A DNA stretch of 32,000 bases from Candidatus Heimdallarchaeota archaeon. GTDB lineage: Archaea; Asgardarchaeota; Heimdallarchaeia; Heimdallarchaeales; Kariarchaeaceae. The notes beneath the pieces are model-generated. The model was not told the DNA's origin and did no database searches. It saw only the letters and a list, made by a program, of their open reading frames with translations. Position numbers and translations under genes: made by a program. Below are positions 10,626 to 18,788 of the stretch, piece after piece. How positions within the stretch are numbered: the first letter of the stretch is position 1; every line of letters begins with the position of its first letter. The stretch spans positions 420,001 to 452,000 of the forward strand of contig JASBSB010000001.1 of the NCBI GenBank assembly GCA_030149205.1, in the 5' to 3' direction.

Positions 10626-12386
10626 ATGTTTTTTTACCCTGAACTAAGTTTAACTTACAGAATGAAAACTAGCGAAATAACAGGAAAGGGTTTAAATTAT
10701 GAGAATATACCCCCGGTTTTAACTGAGGAAGAATACTCACCAAGGGCATTATTTTTAAATCAAAATGAAGAATTTAAAGTTCAAACTGATAAAGCCCATG
10801 TATTTTTAGTTTATAACAAATCGGACAGTTCTACTCCTTGGCAAATTTTGAAAAATTCGACATCCTTTCTACTCCGGGCTGAACAGGATGGAGAGGCTCT
10901 TTTCATCTTTCCTGAGACATTAACTCTAATTTTGGACCTTCATCTTAATGGAACAACTAAATCCATTAGAACAACTTTTGATGCAACATTAATTGAAGTC
11001 ATTGCTACGCTGTTTAAATCATCAACTCCCACCACAATAATCAAAAATTTAACAGCCAAAATTAAGATGATTCTTGAAGGATATTTTATTAGCGAAACTC
11101 AAAAATTTGAGGAAATAACTCTGGATAGTCAATTTTCAATATCAAATGAAATGCTGGATAAGATTGAGATGAAACTTAGTCTCTATGGTTTAAAACTACT
11201 CGCGATTGAGGAAGCACCTGTAGAAGAACAAGAATCTATACTCCTTGTTGATTTTTATGGTGAAACCCCTGAAGAGCGAGAAGAGATCAAGCCTATTCAA
11301 TTCATCCCTGAAGAAAAAATGGTGAACCATGAGCCTGAACTAACACAAGAAATAGAAAATGAGAAAAAAACACCGACTGAGAAACTTCATACGGTTCCTA
11401 AGGAAATATCAAAAGAAGATTCAACTAAAGTGGAAGAAAGTTATGAATTACCCTCTGCTCCAAAATCAGAATCAATGGAAGCAGTTATGTTATCTGATGG
11501 AAAGAATGAAGATCTGCATCTAGAAGTACCTACCGCTGGTGGAGAACAATCACTATTCGAAGAAGAAATTGTAGATCAACCACCTCCTCCAGTTCCAGAG
11601 CCTTCTCAAGTAAAGAAAAAAACACAGGCACCTAAACCCAAAGTATCAAGAAGAATGAGAGGGGGTACAGTAAAGGAGACTGAAGAAATCCCCTCAATTG
11701 AGGGTCTTGATTCTTCAGAAACATTGAATGAAGAACTTTTCCCAGAGAGATTGATGGAAGCAGGTTCACCGCTGACGTCGATAAAAAACATTTCATGTAC
11801 TTGGTATAATCAAATGATTGTAAATAAGACCTACCCTATTTTGCTCAAGATCTCAGACAGGGAACAGGACAAAAAAAGAAAGATGTCATCATTTATATCA
11901 GGGGAACAAATCACTCAGGAGCATCTCTCAGTTAAATTTGATCCTGATTTAGATATACAAATCAGGGCTGAGTTTCCAGGTTGTCTTGTGACACCTCTTG
12001 ATCGCACATTCTCTCCTAAGGAGAAAGACGTAATGCTTCGCTTCTATGTTACCCCTTTAGTTAAGGGAAAAGTTGATGCATCAATCACATTTATTCAAAA
12101 CGGTAAAACCGTCGATTCAATACCTTTGAATGGCAAAGTTGGAGATCATCGTGTAGCAAAAATTATTTCATCTGTAGGTGTTTTAGTAAGTGTACTTCCC
12201 TCCTTTTTTGCATTCTTGTTTGGGGTAACTGTTCAAGAATTTCTCAGCAAAAGGGTTGGTTCAGACTTTTCAGTTATTTGGAACATCGGAACAATCTTTG
12301 GTGGGTTATTTTTGATCTTGCTAGGATTGATCCTGTATAGGATGGAGTATGAAAAGTCAAAGAGGAAGACGTATTTTGAAAATTAA
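10626..12386 (+). CDS. Membrane-anchored protein: N-terminal alpha/beta domain (possibly SPFH-like), acidic Pro-rich linker, beta-sandwich, C-terminal TM hairpin
   Basis: Long ORF with a Glu/Pro-rich region at about aa 195-375 and two C-terminal hydrophobic helices. Domain names are inferred. Confidence 0.8.
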   Translation: MFFYPELSLTYRMKTSEITGKGLNYENIPPVLTEEEYSPRALFLNQNEEFKVQTDKAHVFLVYNKSDSSTPWQILKNSTSFLLRAEQDGEALFIFPETLTLILDLHLNGTTKSIRTTFDATLIEVIATLFKSSTPTTIIKNLTAKIKMILEGYFISETQKFEEITLDSQFSISNEMLDKIEMKLSLYGLKLLAIEEAPVEEQESILLVDFYGETPEEREEIKPIQFIPEEKMVNHEPELTQEIENEKKTPTEKLHTVPKEISKEDSTKVEESYELPSAPKSESMEAVMLSDGKNEDLHLEVPTAGGEQSLFEEEIVDQPPPPVPEPSQVKKKTQAPKPKVSRRMRGGTVKETEEIPSIEGLDSSETLNEELFPERLMEAGSPLTSIKNISCTWYNQMIVNKTYPILLKISDREQDKKRKMSSFISGEQITQEHLSVKFDPDLDIQIRAEFPGCLVTPLDRTFSPKEKDVMLRFYVTPLVKGKVDASITFIQNGKTVDSIPLNGKVGDHRVAKIISSVGVLVSVLPSFFAFLFGVTVQEFLSKRVGSDFSVIWNIGTIFGGLFLILLGLILYRMEYEKSKRKTYFEN

Positions 12387-12437
12387 TTATTATATTTAAT
12401 TGGGGAATAGCGAAAAAATGTTAAAGATTCCAATTTA

Positions 12438-13166
12438 TTGAAATTAGTGAAGCAAAACAAACTTAGGAACATAAATACATTATTTTTTGACTTAGATGGT
12501 ACACTTTTAGATCTTTCAGATGAGAATTTTGAGAAAGTATATGCCTATGAAGCTGCAATGATTTTTAAAGATATTATTGACCCAAAAATTTTCGTTAAGT
12601 TACTTATTGAAAGCACCGTTGAAATGATGAAAAGTCGAGGAGAGAAGTTACTGATTGATGTGTTCTATGAATTTTTTTGTCCAAAGGTTGGATTAAAAGA
12701 AGATGAGGTTCAGAATCGATTCTTGAGGTTTTACGAAACCTCATTTGATAAATTAAAGTTGGTGTCAAAAAGAATTAACGGAGTTCCTGACTTAATAAGG
12801 AAACTCAATGACAGAGGTTATAAGCTGGTTTTAGCAACACAACCTTTCTTTTATGAGTTAGCAACCATTAAAAGAATAAGATGGGCAGGATTGGAACCTG
12901 ATCAGTTCTTATATTTTACCCATATTGAAAATAGTAGTGTGGCAAAACCGAACCCCCTGTATTTTGAACAACTTGCAAACATCACCAAATCAAAACCTGA
13001 AGAAATTTTAATGATAGGGAATGACTACCTATATGACTTATCAGCAAAGAAATTAGGCATTTCTACATGGATGACCCCTCAAAATCAATCAAATCTTGAG
13101 TACAAAGATAAAATGAGCCCAGATTTTGAACTTCCACTATTAGAACTCTTAGATTTCCTACCTTAG
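12438..13166 (+). CDS. HAD-superfamily hydrolase (phosphatase)
   Basis: Motif I FDLDGTL, motif II LATQP, motif III AKP, motif IV IGND...D. Confidence 0.92.
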   Translation: MKLVKQNKLRNINTLFFDLDGTLLDLSDENFEKVYAYEAAMIFKDIIDPKIFVKLLIESTVEMMKSRGEKLLIDVFYEFFCPKVGLKEDEVQNRFLRFYETSFDKLKLVSKRINGVPDLIRKLNDRGYKLVLATQPFFYELATIKRIRWAGLEPDQFLYFTHIENSSVAKPNPLYFEQLANITKSKPEEILMIGNDYLYDLSAKKLGISTWMTPQNQSNLEYKDKMSPDFELPLLELLDFLP

Positions 13167-13738
13167 ATGATTTCACTCTCAAACTCTTCTTCTAATTCTG
13201 AACTGGTAGATAGAAGCTGACCTAGATTTTCAAATATTTCAATTAAGTTATCATCATTTTTTATTGAATATTCATAGAGAAAAATTTCATTCGACCAAGT
13301 CTTTGAGATTTTCTCCATCAATGACTTCACATCTGATATACTAAAGTCAGCTTCATTAGTTAAATCAATCTTGTTAACAAGAAAAACCAAAATAGGAGAC
13401 CCACAATGCTTTTCGACCTGTGGGAGCCAGTCATTAACTGCGTTTAATGATACAAAATTGGTTAAATCGATCAAAAAAATTACAACAGAAGTTCCTCTTA
13501 AATACATTTCAATCAAAGATTTGTAAGAAAGTTGTGATCCAAGTTCCCAAATGCTAAACAGAAAACTATTACCTGCGTATTGCATTGGAAAACTTTCGAT
13601 TTGCACTGGAGTGGTGGGGATATATTTCTCAGAAAATTTCTGATAGATGAGTTTGTTAATTAAACTAGTTTTCCCGGTTCTGGAACTACCTAATAACAAA
13701 ATCTTGAATATATATTGAGTGTCCACCATTCGAACCAT
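13163..13738 (-). CDS. Ras-superfamily (Rab-like) small GTPase with a degenerate G3 motif
   Basis: FKILLLGSSRTGKTS (G1), YIPT (G2), WELGSQ (G3, normally WDxAGQ), NKID (G4), YSIK (G5). No C-terminal CAAX. Its stop overlaps the HAD gene's stop. Confidence 0.9.
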   Translation of the reverse strand: MVRMVDTQYIFKILLLGSSRTGKTSLINKLIYQKFSEKYIPTTPVQIESFPMQYAGNSFLFSIWELGSQLSYKSLIEMYLRGTSVVIFLIDLTNFVSLNAVNDWLPQVEKHCGSPILVFLVNKIDLTNEADFSISDVKSLMEKISKTWSNEIFLYEYSIKNDDNLIEIFENLGQLLSTSSELEEEFESEII

Positions 13739-13802
13739 TCATTATATTCTTTAAAATAATTTATATTATAATACACAAAATAATTTAGTTCTTATGAAAT
13801 TA

Positions 13803-15512
13803 TCATTTTGCATAGTTTAAGATTGATTTTTCAACTTTAAACTCTTCTGGAAGTTTTTCTAAATTCAAAATCCTCATGACTGAGGAATCAAGCGCTGTAT
13901 GGTTACGAGCACTTAAAAGCTGGCCTGCCCTCATCATCAATGTCCTTCTTTTTACGGTTTCGTCTCCTTTTTTAGGATAATCCATTACCCTGGTTCGGGT
14001 TGATCCTATCACTGCAACTAACCTATTTTCATCTCCTGAGAAGGTAAGAATAACCTTTTCATTATCATTGATTGAAAATACAATTTCTTCGGGTTTAAAT
14101 TGAACTTCACTTGAACTAAGCTCACTTAACACAGATTCTAATTGGACATCAAGACCATCTAAAATTGAGATCAGTTTTGTAGGGTTAATATTGTCAGTAA
14201 TTTCATAAATAGAAGTTTGTCCACTGGTATAATCTGATTCCAAGGCACCATCTAACACATATTCACTTTCTCTAATCACGTCAAAGGTTTCAAATAAAGG
14301 AATATCAGATACTGCCTCAACTGATAATGAGTCAGCAAGAGAATTAGGCAACATATTTCGTTTTAATTTAGAAACCTGTACTTTTGTAGTAGCTCTGGTG
14401 TTTCCAGTTGGAGTGCTGTCCTCTTTTTTGAACATCCCTAATAACTTTGCGATGAACCCCTTTTTCTGAGGAGCTGGGGGCTTAATGCTGGATTGTGTTT
14501 CATATGTATTCTCCTTTTGCTCAACCTCAATAGTAAACTCCTTTAACCAACCCTCAGCATCACTATCAACGAGTTCTAGAATACTTGTCATTTGGGTCGC
14601 ATTTACCCCATCAACCTTAGTTGTTAAAATCATTGAGGGTTTAGAGCTAACATAGGGATTCCTAACTAGAATTAAATGAGAGTTATTTTCATCAAGTAAG
14701 TTCCCAGATAAGAATTGAAGTTTATAGTTTGAATCAAGTTTGGAAAGGTGAGAGTGAAGCGATTCAAGAGAACTATTACTAGGCTGTTTGTCTATATTTG
14801 AGAAACTGGAAAAAACACTTTTCCATTTTCCAGACAGGATCGCTTTTGTATCAAGATAGTTAGGGATTATAGCGTCCTTTTTCTCTTCAATCTGGTTTTC
14901 CTTGGTATATGAAATAAATTTTCTCCGACTAATTTCAACCAGATCTGCTACACTATTCACCTTGACAGATTTAGGAGAATCTTCATATTCCAAACGTAAA
15001 TCCGTCCTTCTAATTGCAGCAAACAGAACCGCTAATTCCCAAAAACCGAAGTCTGAAGATTCTAAAAATTCTCTGGTATAATACAAAAACGGAGCTATAA
15101 AATTATAATGAATTCTACCATATCTGATATCCATCGGGAGTCCACGACTTGCTAAAAAAAGATCATTTTTTCGAATTTTTGAACCAAGATAATACCCTAG
15201 AGCCATTGTTTCCATGACTTTCTTGGAACTCTCATTTCTGGTCTCTAGGCCTATCTTGAAGAGTTCGAGCACACAGCTTCTTCTTTCCTCATCACTTGCA
15301 CCAATTAATTCTGAAGCAGTAACTATGAAATCTGCAAGAAATAATGCCCTTTGGGCACTTTCATCACTTTTTGATAACCCATGTTTTTCAGCAAATTCAA
15401 TTAGCTCAGGAGACATGGATTCATACCTTTTCAGCCTAGTATCTAAGTCGAATTCTGAATTAACATTCTCTCTAAGTTCACCTATCATTTGATAATTAGG
15501 AATCAAATCCAT
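13803..15512 (-). CDS. 569-aa protein with an internal amphipathic membrane-targeting-like helix and a C-terminal roadblock/LC7-like domain
   Basis: The ORF is clear. KKGFIAKLLGMFKK lies at about 14424-14465, and a roadblock-like helix/strand pattern at about 13998-14300. Domain calls are by pattern only. Confidence 0.7.
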   Translation of the reverse strand: MDLIPNYQMIGELRENVNSEFDLDTRLKRYESMSPELIEFAEKHGLSKSDESAQRALFLADFIVTASELIGASDEERRSCVLELFKIGLETRNESSKKVMETMALGYYLGSKIRKNDLFLASRGLPMDIRYGRIHYNFIAPFLYYTREFLESSDFGFWELAVLFAAIRRTDLRLEYEDSPKSVKVNSVADLVEISRRKFISYTKENQIEEKKDAIIPNYLDTKAILSGKWKSVFSSFSNIDKQPSNSSLESLHSHLSKLDSNYKLQFLSGNLLDENNSHLILVRNPYVSSKPSMILTTKVDGVNATQMTSILELVDSDAEGWLKEFTIEVEQKENTYETQSSIKPPAPQKKGFIAKLLGMFKKEDSTPTGNTRATTKVQVSKLKRNMLPNSLADSLSVEAVSDIPLFETFDVIRESEYVLDGALESDYTSGQTSIYEITDNINPTKLISILDGLDVQLESVLSELSSSEVQFKPEEIVFSINDNEKVILTFSGDENRLVAVIGSTRTRVMDYPKKGDETVKRRTLMMRAGQLLSARNHTALDSSVMRILNLEKLPEEFKVEKSILNYAK

Positions 15513-15630
15513 TTGACCTATATCATTATTATACTTATGTAAAGTTTATCACAGCCTTGCGGATTAAAATAGGTTTATGTTCATTAATTAAATATAATAA
15601 TTAATAAGTTATATTATGGTTCAAGTGAGT

Positions 15631-16710
15631 TCACATCCAACCTTTTCGTCTAAAGTAGTAAAGTTGAATTAAAAGTATAATAATCATTCCAATCCAAAGT
15701 ACAAAATACCCGTATTGAAAGCTTAATTCTGGCATATAATAAAAATTCATCCCATAGAGACTTGTCAAAAAGGTAAGGGGAATAAATATTGTCGCTATAA
15801 CGGTCAGAGTTTTCATCACCTCATTCATCCTGTTGCTAATATAGCTCATGTATAAGTCACGTAGACCTGAAAGATGATCTCTTGAGGTTTCAATAAGATC
15901 AATTAACTGAATTGTATGGTCATAAACGTCACTCCAATAAACTCGTAATGCTTCACTCAGCAATGAATGTTGTTCCCTCCGTAGCTTTGATATTAGGTCA
16001 CGGATAGGCCAAACAGAATTTCTCAATTCTATTAGATATGATTTGTGTTCATGGATAGTCTGCTGGACTTTAAGTGTTGAGTTCACACCTTCATCTAAGT
16101 CCAATATCCTATCTTCGATTTCTTCAATGCTTAAATTGATCCTATTTAAAACATCAAGAGATTGGTCAACTGAGTAATCCAATAAAGAGAACAGAATAAA
16201 CTCAAGTCCCCATTTATAATATATAGGTTTTCCCTGTTTTAGGTTAGTTACAATTGATTCAAAGTGATTGATCTTTGAGTCAGAAAATATCAATAATGTT
16301 TTATCAAGTAAAATGATTGAATACGAAACAAATGTTAATTTATCCTCTTCAACGTTTTCATCAAATAAGAACACTCGGAAATGAACACTTAGATATTTCT
16401 CGAAAAACTCTAGCTTTGGCCTTTGATTAGTATTCAGTATATCTTCTATCACCAGAGGGTGAATTTTATAATTTTCACAGATTTGGATCACTGTTTTAGC
16501 ATCACTTTTACCCGTTACAAAGACAATGTTTTCCAAGTTCGTGGAAGTTTGACTTATTAATTCTTCAACATTGTTAGGGACCACTACACTTACTGTTTTC
16601 GAATTATTGTCCTTATGAATCAGAGTCATTTCACTTGAGTCTATCTCTTCTTCTCCAACGTATAGATAAGACCCTGGTGGTTTCCCTTTTTTTATGCCGT
16701 AGTTTGTCAA
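15631..16710 (-). CDS. corA: CorA magnesium/cobalt transporter
   Basis: IHPLVIEDILNTNQRPKLE, MNEVMKTLT, the signature YGMNF, MPEL, and two C-terminal TM helices. Confidence 0.96.
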   Translation of the reverse strand: MTNYGIKKGKPPGSYLYVGEEEIDSSEMTLIHKDNNSKTVSVVVPNNVEELISQTSTNLENIVFVTGKSDAKTVIQICENYKIHPLVIEDILNTNQRPKLEFFEKYLSVHFRVFLFDENVEEDKLTFVSYSIILLDKTLLIFSDSKINHFESIVTNLKQGKPIYYKWGLEFILFSLLDYSVDQSLDVLNRINLSIEEIEDRILDLDEGVNSTLKVQQTIHEHKSYLIELRNSVWPIRDLISKLRREQHSLLSEALRVYWSDVYDHTIQLIDLIETSRDHLSGLRDLYMSYISNRMNEVMKTLTVIATIFIPLTFLTSLYGMNFYYMPELSFQYGYFVLWIGMIIILLIQLYYFRRKGWM

Positions 16711-16807
16711 TGTTGACCTTAATTTAATAATTACAAAAATTTAGCGTCCAAAAAAGAGTGAACTGTTAATTTTACGCAACAGTTCAGTTATATTTCAAAT
16801 TTGTTTT

Positions 16808-17686
16808 TCACTTTTCCAAAAGCTCCAAATATGCTTTTCTTACAAACCCTACGTTATATTCCACCAGAAGATGATCTGGTGCTGTTAACTCAAGAAGACT
16901 TGAATTGGGAATTTGAGATGCAACTTCTTTAGAGAGACGGGGAGGAACAACTTTATCGTTTTGTCCTATAAGAATTAATGTTGGAACAGTTATAGACTCC
17001 CAGAGTTCAGACACATCAGCCTTTTTAAGAAACTGTTTCACCTGTCTTTGAGCAACATGGAGGTCAAGAGAATCTAATCTTTCCCTTGTTACCCTTCTTG
17101 CATCAGCCCTCTTCTTTCCAAAGAACAGAATATTTAGTATTAAAGGTAACAAACCTTTTCTAATGATTTTAGCAAGCCAAACTGGAGTATAATAAAAAAT
17201 TTTGATTGATGACTTTACATATACTTTTGATTCTGGAGATATAAGAACCAGATGAGTTATAAATTTCGTAATAGGAAATTTATCAGCATACATCACTGCT
17301 ACGGGGAGGGTTCCAGCACAAGAAGCTTGAAGTATAACAGTTCCTGATTCAACTGCCTTTTTCCCAAATTTCTCATCTAATGCCCCTAACAAGACATAAT
17401 TCAGGTCTAATGCAAATTGGACAACATCCAAATCACCTTCTAATGTAGATTTCCCAGACCCTCGATTATCTAATCCAAATATGTCAAATTTACCTTCAAA
17501 AAAATCAATATACTGTAAATTATCTTTATGTGTCCCCATCCACCCATTAACCAAAAACAATGTTGGTTTGTTGGTGTCAAGTTCAAGCCTAGGGGTTAAC
17601 CAAGTTCCAAATAGATCGTAATTTTGTGACTGCTGTTTCTTGAACCAGCTATGGTCCTTGTTTAAATCAGGACTGAATACACCCAT
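16808..17686 (-). CDS. Alpha/beta-fold hydrolase
   Basis: LDNRGSGKS, nucleophile elbow QASCAG, PTLILIGQNDKVVP (Asp) and DHLL (His). Confidence 0.85.
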   Translation of the reverse strand: MGVFSPDLNKDHSWFKKQQSQNYDLFGTWLTPRLELDTNKPTLFLVNGWMGTHKDNLQYIDFFEGKFDIFGLDNRGSGKSTLEGDLDVVQFALDLNYVLLGALDEKFGKKAVESGTVILQASCAGTLPVAVMYADKFPITKFITHLVLISPESKVYVKSSIKIFYYTPVWLAKIIRKGLLPLILNILFFGKKRADARRVTRERLDSLDLHVAQRQVKQFLKKADVSELWESITVPTLILIGQNDKVVPPRLSKEVASQIPNSSLLELTAPDHLLVEYNVGFVRKAYLELLEK

Positions 17687-17892
17687 AAAATTACCCTGAA
17701 TCCACTAATTCCATATCTTAAAAGTGGTTTTAGTTTGAAACAAATAAATTTGTAAGATACTCATCTGAGAATTAAATTCACTTAATTGTATAAACTGTAA
17801 ATATTAATTGAGCTATAATTGAATAGAATTGACTGTTAGCTTTGGGTATAACATAATTTGACTAGATTTCGATTCGATAAAATTCAATTTTG

Positions 17893-18570
17893 CTATGAAT
17901 GTCTCACGATAAGTTGATATGAAGAACCATGATGAAAGGTAACTTCTTCAACATTTAGTTTGACCTGTTTTAACATCAAAGTTGACTGATCAGGTGTAAA
18001 GAATTTGGAACCCATAAGTGAAATCTTCTCAAACGTCATGATCAATTTCCCTAAAGAGGTTTGAGGATTTATCTCTTCTATAGCAAGCACACCCTCTTTA
18101 CTGAGTACTCTACTAATTTCTTCAAACGCTTGTTGGTGATGAGCCCAATGATGAAGAGAATCTGAAACAATAATTAAATCGAAGCTATTTTCTTCAAATG
18201 GTAAATCTTCTGCATACCCCTCAATAAGTGTACCTATATTTTTTTTCTCTGCCTGAAGTAGCATCCTCTTTGAAGGGTCAATGATAACAACGGTATTTTT
18301 AGTTCCCTCTATCTTATATAGAAATTCATCATTTAGGGCGTGTTTGTATTTCTTATCAATATCCAATTTTTCGGTATCTAACTTAATTCTTGATCCAACA
18401 AAGTATTGGGCGAGTCGCCCTGTACCCCCACCAATTTCAAGAACATTGTAACTTTCTTTCATGGGTAGATGACGATCTATACTCATAAGTAAGGCTGTTG
18501 GTCTCTTTGGTTTTATTAATTTGTCATAAATTGGAGCTAAGAGATCAAAATGAAATTTTCCCATTAACAC
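17893..18570 (-). CDS. Class I SAM-dependent methyltransferase (UbiE/Methyltransf_11-like)
   Basis: VLEIGGGTG, IDPSKRML, GYAEDLPFEENSFDLI, LHHW. ATG 18564 is an alternative start. Confidence 0.9.
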   Translation of the reverse strand: MLMGKFHFDLLAPIYDKLIKPKRPTALLMSIDRHLPMKESYNVLEIGGGTGRLAQYFVGSRIKLDTEKLDIDKKYKHALNDEFLYKIEGTKNTVVIIDPSKRMLLQAEKKNIGTLIEGYAEDLPFEENSFDLIIVSDSLHHWAHHQQAFEEISRVLSKEGVLAIEEINPQTSLGKLIMTFEKISLMGSKFFTPDQSTLMLKQVKLNVEEVTFHHGSSYQLIVRHS

Positions 18571-18788
18571 CTTTATTCGGTTCTTTAAAAATAGGTTTAG
18601 ATTTAAGCAATAATCAAATTAACTTTAATCTTGATGAGATGCTTGGATGTATTCCACTAATTTCCATTTGTAATAGAATAAACAAATATATAACAGGTTT
18701 GTTATTCTTTTATTCTTATTAGGATTGTTGACAAGTTATAATCTATGTTACTCCAAAAGTTTGTGGAAAACTATTTAATAATGATAAT

